NCBI GenBank assembly: GCA_012295275.1
Contig: CM022671.1
Coordinates: 12,958,001-13,022,000, forward strand
Length of the DNA: 64,000 nucleotides
Source: Chrysomallon squamiferum
Lineage: Eukaryota; Animalia; Mollusca
Reading direction: 5' to 3'
Shown here in pieces: positions 1 to 17,719 of this stretch. Each line of letters opens with the position of its first letter. Within the stretch, counting starts at the first letter, position 1. The position numbers and the translations under genes are program-made. The notes beneath the pieces were generated by a model. That model searched no databases, was not told the origin of the DNA, and saw only the letters and a program-made list of their open reading frames with translations.

Positions 1-198
1 TACTCAGGGTTTTTTTAAATACAGGTTTTTTTAATTATCTGTTACTGTAAGATGAACATTGGACAAAATAAACTAATTAATAGCTTTTTTAATTGAGAAA
101 CAAAACCCAACAAAATCATATTATATTTGTAATAAAAATAAAATAGCTTTTTTTGAAGAAGATAAAAGATATTTTAAGGAATCATATTTTGTTTTCAG

Positions 199-3100
199 TA
201 TCTTGGTGATGATTTGGAGGAGATAAGTGGGCGGACTATTCATGAAGATGACTCATTTGTTGTAATGCCACTACTAGCTCTCCCAGGCATTGTTCTTATC
301 CCTGGAGTCACAATTCCTCTCCATCTCTTCCAGCATCGCATGGTTGCAATGATTAAAACAATTGCCGAAAATGACAGAACATTTGGCATTATTGATTACA
401 GGTCAACATATTTCCTTGAAAAACTGTATCAAATACTCTATACAGATCCTTCATAAATTAAAATATATTATATGAAACACATCTACTCTCAGTTCTAAAT
501 AATAATAAATAACTTGTTGTTTATTTGAATGTATTGATATTTTATTATTTTGCTTTGTATCTTAATTTTATAACAATCATTTTTTATATTATTATTATTA
601 TTATTAATATATATTTTTGTTTTTTGCTAGATATATTCCAGATGAAACCACATCGATGGCTAATGTTGGCACAACAGCTGAAATATTTTCAATAAAGTAT
701 GAAATGGATGAGGTAACTGGTAATTCAACAGTGAGAGTGAAAGCTAAAGGTCGTCAGAGGTTCAGAATTATAGAAACAAGACGTGAAATAACTGGGTAAG
801 TATAATCACAAATAAAATAAATATATTACTTTTTTATTACAATAAATTACTGTAGTAGGAATAGTTTGTAATTTCAGATCTGTAAATGTTTTTGATGTAA
901 GAATTAGAATTTCAAATATCTTAATATCTTTTTCAGAACAAGCTGTACCAAAAATAATCAGTAAAATTCTCTTTCTTACTCTGTGAAAAGAAATTACATT
1001 TTTAAGAGGTTCAGTGAATATACTTGATATGCATGATTTTATAAACTGACCTTTTTACCTGGGCTTTTTTTTTTTTTATTCAGAATTCTGATGGGAAAAG
1101 TTCAAATTCTGCCTGAGTGCATACTTCCCGATTGTCTTGAGGGAGCCAGACCTCCATCACACAGAAAGTTCTGCTGTTCTCCGCTTGATCAGGACATGGT
1201 CGTGAAAACTGCTGTTGATATACATGGACGTACACTTGCAAGTGTGAATATGATTGTCAATCGCCAGGTGAATACTGTTTCAAAATACACTACAAAATAA
1301 ATTAAACACATTAAAAACACCGTATGAATTGTAAAGAAGTGTAATTTAGATAAAATGATTTCGAAATTAAATAAGTATTATATACCAACATTTATTAACA
1401 CAGTTACACAATATTAATGTCTTCAATATGTAGACAAAATTTAAAAGAAAAAAATAAATTAGCTAGATATCTAGACCAGGACTTATTGATGCAAAAATAT
1501 CAGTGGAGTTAGGTTTCATATTGTAGCATTAGTGAAGTGCTTCATTTGATTATCAAGGTATTATTTCATTGTTATATAAGAATTCATTTCACTTATTTTT
1601 CAGCTTGATAAATTTAGCCCTGCTAACTTAACCTGGTGGCCTCCGTGGGTATATAAAATGTATGATTCGGTTAGTACTGTTATTTTACTCACTTTTACAG
1701 AGGGAAACATTTGAAAAAAATGTATACAGAAAAAGTCAATATAGGTAACATTTATACTAGATTTAAATATATGGATTATAAAGCTTTCCAAAAAAACTAT
1801 TTCAGAAATTTACCATTAAATCTATATATTAACTGAATTTTAGTTCCATAACTGAAATATTAAACCATTTAAATATAATTCTTTTTATTATTATTATTAT
1901 TATTATTTAGACTTTGAACATTTTGGAAAATCAGAATCTTATATTACTAAGGATATTTGTCAAAATGCAGTCATCTTAATAATTAAAAAAAAAAAAAAAA
2001 ATTAAAACAATTCAAATAGAAATTATTATTATTATCATTATCAGCATCATCATATATAAATAAAACATTTTGAAAGACCGTTGCTATTACTAATATTAAT
2101 GTTTATCAGAAAGTTTTGTGCAAGAAAATCACACAGGAACTGCAGAGTTGGAATGAAACTTTGAAGACAGAATCTTTCCCACAGGATCCACATCAGTTGT
2201 CATACTGGTTGGCTCAGAACCTGCCACTTGATGATAGCATGCGGCTTCACTTACTTAGTCTCAACTCCATGGAACAGCGACTTAGATGTGAATGGGATAT
2301 AATGAAAAAGGTAAATTTATATATTTAATACATAATTTAATTTTTGTTTTTTTACTTTTTCGTCCATCAGTACAAATATAGATAAACTTATTTTGGCGCC
2401 CCCAGGAAAATATTAATTTAAAAATACATAAACAATAAATTAAAAAAAAAAATTTCTACATTTGAGTACAGACCAATGGTAATTTAAAACAAATATTATC
2501 TCTCTGTGCTCAGATGTCCAGACACCCCCAAAATACACTATTTGATACTATTTTATTTGCAAAATTAAGACAAACATAAAGAATAAACATGCATAAAGAT
2601 AGATATTAGTAAAGACTTCAGGCTCAGTTATCCCATTATCTGTTGTTCTGATTACATCAACAAAATGGACAATCACTGTCATTTGCTCAATATGACTTCC
2701 ATCAATCCAGAATTATGGAATAGTATTTAGGAGAGTTTACATAAGTTAAAATTTAGAAGCTGTATAAGCTCATTTTGGATATTTTTAACTCTAATGAAAT
2801 ATTCATTCATGATAGGATCAAAGAGGGCTAAATATTCTACAAACTTTGAAACATTTCTGCTTCCAAGGCAATACAGTTTTTCATTTCTACCATGGAATGC
2901 CAAGAACTCATATGAAAGGAATTAAGTGTTGCAAATTTTTTTGCCAGTAATGTTCCTCTTGCCTAATTTTCTGTTGGTCACTATCATGAATTTGTTTTTC
3001 CTTTAGTTAAGTGCAGTTCAAGCTCAGACCAGAATTGATAGTTTTCTAAATGATCTGCAGTCCTCTCATGTCTTTTGAACCTGTTTGTTGGAGTGATGAT

Positions 3101-5284
3101 GCACCATTTATTTTGCTGAATAACTTACAGCCAAAACAAACATCTTTTGAGGATGAATATATCTATCACTGACGACACACTTCTTCATTTATCAGTCTCC
3201 TCTTGTAGTGTATAAGAGAAAATCATCCATTGTGGACCATGTTATGCTAGAAGCTGTTTCAAATTATCATTACAGCGGGAGGGGCATGAGACAGGATCAC
3301 AGTTTGGTGCTATAATATCTTTTTGAGGGGACTTTGCAGGGCTCCATTTTTCTTGCTGTTCTTTCCCATCATCTTTAAGCTGTTTGAGCTTGTGTTGTAG
3401 GTTTACAAACATTCAGTGCTGCCAGTGCTAATTTCAGCAAGAGCACAATCATCTGGATGAAAGTATTTCAGGAAGAACCCCTGTGGCTTTGCTAGCCCCT
3501 TAATTTGTTTTACTTTTTGTTTGCAGCACTGGGCTGCAGAGGTTGTTTTGTTTGTTTGTTTTTTTTCCATTATGGCACGCTGAAAATATAGTTATATATA
3601 TATATATATACAGCAGTCAGTCTGTCAGATTGCTCAGTTCATGAATTGGCCAGACAAATTTCCCTATCCCCAGCCCCCCTCTTGTTACACCACTGTCTGT
3701 ATAAGTCTAAGCCTAGGAATTAAAAGTTTGTTAAGGTCCCCAAAATAAAACATCCCTAAAAGTTTGATAAATAATAGATAATATAGAAGTATTTAAATAA
3801 TGTATTCTGTTTCAGTTGACCTGAAAATAGTTGTTCCACTGATTCTACCACTTTAACTATGTTTACATGCTGGATTGTTCATGGAGCTTTAATGATAAGT
3901 GACTAGATGATTATTTTGTCATCACTAACTTTTCTAAGCACAATACATGCACTTGTGACAGGCTTTTCTCTGAAAACACTTGGCAAAATAAGTCTGTAAT
4001 TTACAGTACTTGGAGTTTAACTAGGTCAAAATGATGATATAAAACTTAACAAATGTACCCAGACTTTTCTTTATGTCAAGTGCCAAAAGCAGAAGCACCT
4101 TAAAGGCAGACATGGCAGCCAAAATCATTGGTTTAGCTCTTTGGTGTCATTCCACCCAAAATGTGATTAGAGTAGAAACAACATGTTTCAATAAAATATT
4201 CATTTGCAGCAGAATTGCATCTGCAGTATTTATGAAACATTTATTTTCAACATCCTTTGGGTTCTACTCCACAAAAGCCATTTCTTTCCTTGTTCATACT
4301 GTTAAAAAAGAAGGAGTTAACGCAGCAAAGTGAAGGTTTTGTATATGCATGATACTACAGTAAAACTTGTGGCCTATAAAAATAATGTGAAAATAATTAT
4401 GTCCTGAAAGTTTCATACACTTGCAGTTTGCATTCACTTATTTTGCTTGTTGTGATCAGCCTGGCGTTTTGGTCAGACTCAATCAACATGATTATTTATC
4501 CCTATATGAAATAAACCAGGATAAAAAAACCACAATAAAACTGAAATGTATTTATTTTTCAAAACTGTTTTGATTTGGAGAAATGCGCCTTCTGCCTTGT
4601 TTGCGTGTATGTTAGTGCTGGCCCTCCTAGACCATGGGAATCCTTCCCCTTTTCTCTATAATCTTTGATCTAAATAAATAATGTACAGTAATTAATATTT
4701 TACTTTTCAGTGCACGACATTGCAGTGTAAAGACTGTGGGTATCAAATAGCCAACAAGACAGATGTGTTCAGCATGTCAGAAGAAGGTTTGCTTGGAGCA
4801 TTTGTAAATCCTGGTGGTTATGTCCATGAAATGCTAACAGTGCACAGTGCTAGAAATCTCTCTTTGATTGGAAGACCATCAACTGAACATAGCTGGTTTC
4901 CAGGGTTTGTTATCTGATGGCATGTGTGATAGATAGATAGATATAGACACACACATCTATTTTATGATAAAATTTTCAGCTTAAGTTTTTTATATGTTAC
5001 TAAATGATTTCTAAAAAAATTAATAAATTAGCACTGTAAGAATTTAATATTAAACAATTAGGCTACTATTAGTAAATATGAAATTGAATTTTTTTCATAT
5101 TGTTTGTTTCAGTTATGCCTGGACCATTGCTCAGTGTAAAAACTGTATGAGTCACATGGGCTGGCGATTCACAGCTACAGACAGAAAAATGAGACCTCAG
5201 AAGTTTTGGGGTTTGTGTCGTGGATCTTTGGTAACTGGCATTCATAATACAGAGGAGAATGAAGAATGGACTCCTGTCATGTGA
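199..5284 (+). CDS. CRBN: Cereblon (LON-N domain + CULT/thalidomide-binding domain), 5'-partial, 7 exons in window
   Basis: GT-AG exons 199-401, 631-795, 1084-1267, 1604-1669, 2110-2310, 4711-4904 and 5113-5284 join in frame (394 aa + stop). Motifs [40 protein letters not shown]...CKNC zinc pairs, VNPGGYVHE and EHSWFPGYAW match cereblon. Confidence 0.97.
2390..3695 (-). mobile_element. Degenerate hAT transposon (ZMYM1-like / TTF-zinc-finger + DUF4371 transposase remnant) in a CRBN intron
   Basis: Minus-strand fragments read [71 protein letters not shown] and [14 protein letters not shown], with many stops and frameshifts. A CAGTGGTGTAAC-like terminus lies near 3695; the left boundary is approximate. 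Confidence 0.75.
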
Positions 5285-7062
5285 CCAAATAATAAAAAAT
5301 CAAATATAAATGTGTTAAGCTTAGCTCACAAAAGGGCTTTTATGTACACACTAAAATACAAGTATCACCAATATGTAAGACATTTGCTTTTAATGCAAGA
5401 ATGAATTCATACTTTATAAACAATTATATTTCTTGCAGTTATAAAGCAGTGTACAAGATTATGAAAAAACTGTTGATAAAAATACACTAATAAAACTGCT
5501 CATATACAGATTACAAATACATTATGTTAAGGCAGTAGTACAATTGTGTAACAAAAAATACCAGAGTATTAAGCCAAACACTTCACAAATATGAAAAAAT
5601 TTCAAAAGACTGTTTTAATATACATCTGTGATTAAACTGGTTAATGTATTTTTGTTCTCGTCTGTAAATGGATCTAAAAATATAAGCTTTGTTAAAGATT
5701 TGATTAGCTATAAATAAATGAATAAATTAGCACAAAATGACATTAAGCACAAGAGATTCTAATTTTCTGAATAATTTTATTATTTGTAAATTTACTGTTT
5801 TCAGTGGCCATTACACTTTCCGATAAAGCTGAAATTTAGCATACTTTCCCAAATAAAAACCTGTTTCAGCTGTTTTATACAGTAATAGTTGCTGTGGGTG
5901 TTTATTTTTTTTATATACATACGAGTAGATAGTTATTTTTGTATTAAATTTTAAAAACTCTGTATGAGAATTAGCAGAAATTGTAAAACATTCAGTTAAA
6001 TTTCTTTTTAACTTGCTCCAATTGTTGATGTATTATTTATTTGATACTTATAAATGAGCACATTCTCAATCTTAATTACAATTTTAATACCAACTAATTT
6101 ATAGGTCTAAGTGATGCTCCGACAAAATGTTGAGATTGAAACATTATTATGGATACTGTTCTTATTAAGATTGGATCTAACTTTATTATAAACGAACGTG
6201 ATATAAAAATGTTGGTAAAATTACAGGATTCTTATTTTTTGCTTTATACCATACAATTTGCCATTGTAAACATAATGCAATATCAAATTAATACATCTAC
6301 TTTTATCATTAAACAATTACAGTATAAGACTGACTAGAGAACTGAAGCTGTTGGAGAGGTGGCTGAACTTTCCTTTTGCATAGACATAAAATACCTCCAG
6401 TCATCAGTCCAAAATATATTATAACGATGAAAATATGTATCAGAACTTTGAAATTTGGCTCTTTTAGGAAAGTTCCACTTCTATCCTTCTATCATGTTTT
6501 AAACAAAAGACTTTCACTGTCTTTTTAATAATCACTAATATTTTACAATTATGTTACTCATTTACTAAATACTTGTACTATTTGGAAATATTCTGATCTT
6601 TCACTTAGTAAAAATATTTGTTATAGGAAACATTTGCAGTCGAGTATACATAGTTTATAAGAATATGTAGGTGAATTTTACTGCATACATATATGTGTAT
6701 ATATATTTCTGTTTAAAAATGGCTTAAAGTGCTAGAAGACTTGTTTATTATTTACATTTTTTTTTTTTTTTTGTGTTTTCTTTTTGGTGGGATTAAGTAA
6801 AATAATTATATTGTAGTAGCATATGCATTTATTTTATTATTATATTATTTTTATAAATACTTGCTAAATTAGATAACTTATTTTGCAGACTGAATTTAAA
6901 GGTATTATTTGTAAACTAAATTTTGTTCAAGTGTAATAAATACAGTTTATTTACTTAAATCTTATTTTATTTAATATACACGCATATATACATATAAAGC
7001 CATATAATACATACATATACATGATATTACTGGTTACAATCTTGGAGTGGCAAGTGACAAAA

Positions 7063-7099
<37 letters not shown>

Positions 7100-8743
7100 T
7101 TCCCCAAATTAAAATTATTTCTGCATCACTGAAAAGAGCGTATGAAAAGCCTTTATGATAATAACTTGAAAAATAATGGAGAAATGACCATTTTATATTC
7201 GGAAAATTCCTATAATTTCGGTCTTTATTTTTTTCTGGCATTATTAAAATAGATCTGTTGTTTAAGTTAAATTTTCGAATCTCCCTTAAAAAGCAAGACA
7301 TTTCTGGACCAATAGGACATCATGGTTTGTAAATCATAAACATTTCTGAAAAATGGACACGTAATAATTTAATTTGGAAGTTTAAAAATTTCCGTGAGAC
7401 GGAAACCTCTGATCGATATCCAATATGGCAGCGTCGAACGCCGATTAGTGTTTACAAACATTCAAATACGTATACCTTCATAATGCAATCAATTCTATAT
7501 GCATTATTAAAAGTAACTTGCGGAAATATGTATTTTAATCAATGCCTCGTATACATAGATATCTATTATTGAGTAGAAATTGCTGCAATGGTCGAATTTT
7601 TTTTTTGGGGGGGTAACTTTGATGTCAAACCATCTCGTACACGTTTCGTACTATATATTTTTTTCAGATATTATTACGACATGTCAAGCCAAATTTTTTT
7701 TTAAAAATAACTAAATAATAATAAAAATAAAATAAAATAAATAATGTTCAGACACTGGTGTGAATATAAACTTATAAAGATGACTATTCTCATTAGGTAC
7801 CATAATGTGGACTCGTTACTCTGCTAAAACTCCATAGCAGATAGTTCCGAGTACAGTTGTAAAACGATAGCTGAAACCATTATAATAATTTTTTATATAT
7901 ATATTTATTTTCATTTTCAATGCATTAGAGGTCGTATTTACATGTAAAAACCAAATTGATCAAGTGTTATTTGAATTAATGCCTTGAAACATTCATTATA
8001 ACGCTTGAATCAGTTTTACAACAGAAAACGTTTTTAAAAAATTAAAGGTCCGCCAACAGGCCTTAAAAAAAAAAAAAAAAAAAAAAAAATATTATTAAAA
8101 ATTAAATTTTCACTCTTTTTCGCTAAAACAAAAATGTTCAACTTCTAAAACATGTACCTATTATGTATGAAAACAATGAATTTCCTATTTTTATTTTTCA
8201 AAAATCATTGGTCCATGCTACTAACAGACGGCCATAAAAACTTGTTACCATCCATTATAATAATCTGGATGATTTTTTGGCTGAAGTGAAGCGGTAGTCA
8301 CTACCGTAGCGCCCAATCCGTGAAATATAACTCCTTAGGGATGATAACTCTACACAGTCGTCTGCAGAACTAAACATCCACATTAACAGAACAATTATCT
8401 TTCACGAACGAGAACTCTCGTTAATAGATGAAACAGGCCAAAGACAAAATAGTTAATTCAGTAAGTGTACCTCTATTAAGGTCTTCATAAAATGAACACT
8501 TTATTGAATAGATCATGCAAATTGTATAAAGCTGTCTCTTGAAATAATGTTTTTCTTTTCTTTTCTTTTTTTATAGTGACTTAAGGTTGATTTTTAAAAA
8601 TAAAACGTCAAAATACCGATGCACAATGCGATATCTTTAACACTATTATACTATAATAGATATCTTCAAAACAATTTTGGGTTTTTTTTTTTACATTTGG
8701 GATTGGTTTGCTCTTAACTGGTATAAAATACATCTTCGTTAGA

Positions 8744-8800
<57 letters not shown>

Positions 8801-9100
8801 ATGCTTTAGCATTGCTAAATAAAGTTAAATATTGATCGATTGCTACTGATAATCGCGAAAGTCAGAAAAGTATGATTATGATAAATAGTAAAACACCTGA
8901 TTTATGTAAGTATTGGAGATAATAATACACTTAAAATATAACCATAAGACGAATTAAAATAACGAAAATGATTCATCCCCAAAAATACAAACAGGACAGA
9001 CTTTAATTAAAAATAGGTAAGTGTTTCAAACATCTACTTCGAGTTATCTAACGTTTGGAATTCTTTCAGATTAACAAGAAAACTAAATTTTGTTGTAACT
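7100..9100 (+). promoter_or_regulatory. CpG-retaining promoter / 5' UTR region of ATP23
   Basis: CpG is frequent here and rare in the flanking gene bodies. There is a YY1-like AATATGGCAGCG near 7423, GTAAGT donors at 8461 and 9017, and an acceptor at 9068-9069 upstream of ATG 9101, suggesting non-coding 5' exons. Confidence 0.5.
8746..8798. repeat. (ATT)n microsatellite
   Basis: Perfect ATT run seen directly; a similar (AAT)n run lies at ~7063-7096. Confidence 0.9.
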
Positions 9101-13983
<4,883 letters not shown>

Positions 13984-14509
13984 CTAGTTAAAAGTACTGA
14001 ATCCCCTATGGTGTATGCAAATGATTTTTTCAAACAATAATTTTTTTTTTTTTTTACAAAGGATTTTATGCTGGAAGTCAATATGATCCGATTTTCTCCT
14101 TTGATTTTTGAAATTATTTTTTTTTTAAACAAATATTTGATATTTCATGACTGGTAAAATATCTGGAGATAAAATTCAATTTATTATCATTTTAGGTAGA
14201 TAAATTAATTTTATTTAATTCTGAGAAACAATCAAACACTAAAATAAAATAACCACAAAAACTGCTTCCTTTTTATCATAAACGTCTTATCACAGATTCA
14301 AAAAAATAATACAATCCATTGTAATACACAACATATTTACTGAACCAGCAGTACAATATTTATATAATACAGTGTCTTATCTGAATCAGCAGTACACAAA
14401 AGTTAAATACTAGTATTTTCAAAACAATATCTAAGTATGAAAACCACTTCCATTATTTTTTCTTATTTTTTCATTCTAATTTTATACCTTTTAAAAATTT
14501 GTTTTCATA

Positions 14510-14662
14510 ACAATCTGTAACATTTCTTAGCCTATGTAAAGTATACAAATTAGTAAAATGTATTAGATTATGGGGTTTAAGCACACAATCTGTAACATTT
14601 CTTAGCCTATGTAAAGTATACAAATTAGTAAAATGTATTAGATTATGGGGTTTAAGCACACA
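14510..14662. repeat. Perfect 75-bp tandem duplication downstream of ATP23
   Basis: The unit CAATCTGTAACATTTCTTAGCC...GGTTTAAGCACA starts at 14511 and again at 14586; the copies are identical. Confidence 0.92.
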
Positions 14663-17497
14663 TATACATAGCAAACTAAAAAGGCATGGTGATTATATCA
14701 AAAAATTAAAGCAGTCTGATTACATTTAAAAAAGAACAAAAGAAACTCTATATATAATCGGTATAACTTCCAGTTAGATATTTGTTGTTAATTGTTTAAA
14801 CAATAACATTCCTTTGTTTCAAACATGTAATGAATATTTTTATATTTGCTGAGAAAAACAAATACTTCTTTGAAATAATTATGTCTTGGACAATAGTTTA
14901 TAATCAGTAAGATTTTAGTAAGACTGAACCAGCAAAGTGTAAAACAAATGTAAAAAAATTGATAGATTCCTGTGTTTTTGATTGTATTAAAAATAAAGTT
15001 AAATCAATTTATTATTAGTTCTAATAAATAACTTATAAACATGTTAAATGTTAATATATTTAATAAAAATTAAAAAAACAAACAACAATCTGCTTCAAAT
15101 ATTAGGAACATAAAAATATAAACATACACTTATGCCTTTATTTATAATAAATTGGCTGTTTTAATGTGATACTATGAAATTACATTGACTATGTTACTAA
15201 TTGTATTTAAACTCAAAAGGTACATATTACAGTATGAAATACCAAAAATGCCACCAATAAAAACAGAAGGGTCAAGACAATTCTGATTTTGGGCAGATCT
15301 TGGGAACATGTACATGTCATTAATTTTAGTTTTCTTATTGTGCTATTTTTTGTTTGTTTGTTTGTTGTTGTTTTTTTCATTTCCTTTTTCCCTTTATCAG
15401 CATATAAATATCGTTCTCAAAAAATGCAAATAGACTGTTTTGGCAATGTTTAGAAATATTTTTATTATAGTTCATCTCTGAATGATCTTTCAACTCTTGT
15501 GCAACTTTTGGCCACATCCTATTTTGAAGGAAGACAGCAGAAATATAGAATGGCACCTATTACAACAGCAGCTATTATAATACATGTTATTGTTATGCCT
15601 ACAATAAGATCAACATTTGAATGACAGCAACAAAAACTCCTCCTCTTTCCAGCTGTAATCTTGCAACACCTCCATTAATGTCACTGTCAACCTTAGTTCA
15701 TATTGCAAAATTATCTAAATTACAGCAATACACTGGAATCAATGTTATTTAGAGTCATTTCAAAAGTGGATTTCTTTCCTTCAGTTGTTAGTCGAGTTTG
15801 TTAGACATTACAAACCTAAATTGTAATATAAAATCATGGTATCATATATTATAAAAACATAATATTTATTTCGCAAAACAATATTTTTTTAAACTAATGT
15901 GAATTAAAAATATTTTTAAATGGAAATAGGAAAAATTATGAAAATAATAAATTATTATATTTGAGAGAATAAAGCCCAAAAATTATTATTATTAATTTTT
16001 TTTGTACAGTTTATATTTTTAATAACCTAAATGTCTAATATTTATGTGAATAATTTTTACATGAATATATTTTTTTTTAATGACAGTGATGTGCAGGAAT
16101 CATTTGATTTTAACATCAGTATAAACTCACAGTTAAGGATGCTTTCAGTTTATTTTCTCCCTCAGACTTTGATCACACCTCTAACCTGAGTTTATGAAGA
16201 GAATCAAATATTCTCTGTTCCACAATCACTTGAGCTTTCCTGCAGGACAGAAAATAAACACCTTCCACATTACATTATACTTAGCAACTTAAAATTATCC
16301 CTAATCTTTATTTTAACGTGAATTTATGGTGATAATTACAAAGAGAAAAAAAATGTATAGATTGTTACTGAATTATAATATGTCATAAGCAAGCTGTCTT
16401 TTTTTTTTTTCTCAGTTCCAGCTTTCAGACTGTCAAAAACCAGCTACTAAAACTATCAGGTGTGCTGACTGTTCCTCCCATGTAGCCAATAGCATAATAG
16501 AATACAGGATGTGGGTAGACAATCACTCTGGCTTTCTGGTCACAATTACAGAAGTTTTTATTTCTAGTACTCATGTAATAGTAAGTTCCTATCTGTGTTA
16601 TCTTCTGAGGCCCACGGTCAAAGTTTGTTCCTGCATCATCTAGCTCAAACATTTCACCTCTAAACTGCCCTAATAATATTATAATAAAAATGTTCAGGAA
16701 ACTAATATATTTTAAAACAAGGAACACTAAATGTGTATTAAAACAAATCTACATAAGTTAAAAAGATATATTTTTATTATTAACTAGTATGTTGTTTCAT
16801 GAATTAGGCCTGACATCTATATTGACCCAAAAATAATTATTATAATTAAGAATGTCAGGTAACAAATATATTCTAAAAAAAGGAACTCGGTATTTCCACA
16901 AATTCAGAAACTTGCATAAACTTAAAACATAAAATCAAAATATTTTTGCATAAGTTTTCATTTGTTTTAACAAAGGGCTTGTAATCTAATTGGTAGTCTA
17001 CATTCTTCAATTAGCACTAAGGGATACTTTACATTTTATCACAAAGTGATATTTATTTTTTGAAAGATTGGCTTACATTTTGGTATCTTTCTCTTCTCTT
17101 TTTTTTTTTCCATCTGATGTACATAGCTGGTGAGAGGAAGGCTAGTGACTCAAGAGACTTGTTTGACAAACCTAGGAATGTCATATTTGAAACAGACATA
17201 GGGTAATTAACTGCAAAATGGCCAAACATTGGGCTAAACCCACACTGGATGCCAAAGCCGCCTTGGAATTTCTGTACTCCCAACACGATGTTGTTACAGT
17301 CTGTACTAGCCAAACCGTGGCCATCATTATTAGGTGGATTTGCATTTGAACCAGTCCACCTGATAATTAATATAGGAAACTTTAGTTTTACAATTTTGTT
17401 AAGCCATTTTCAAACCATGAGATATATTCATTCATGTATTAAATTGTATTAAAAAGGATAATCAAAGGAATGCAAAGTTTAAATGCAATTTAATATA

Positions 17498-17719
17498 CAG
17501 GGTGGTCCAAAAGTAGGTGGACAGTAAATGATAACATTTATTTTGAGATTACATATGCAATTAAATTTACTCCAAAAATAGGTGTATTAAATTTAAATAA
17601 CTGTAGTTATAAAATTTTAAATAATACAGCACAAATACCATACTTATAATGAACACTATTGTAATAATGTAACCCTAACCCTAACCCACGTACTGTCCAC
17701 CTACTTCTGGACCACCCTG
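17498..17719. mobile_element. Tc1/mariner-type MITE (~220 bp) with an internal (TAACCC)3 tract
   Basis: 29-bp TIRs CAGGGTGGTCCAAAAGTAGGTGGACAGTA / TACTGTCCACCTACTTCTGGACCACCCTG (1 mismatch), with TA on the left flank. Confidence 0.85.

Noticed and set aside
6149-7301. Short ORFs with poly-Leu/Ile tracts (also 31099-32272 and 62449-63930)
   Set aside because: These are products of AAT/ATT microsatellites and AT-rich non-coding DNA, with no splice-consistent or family signal.
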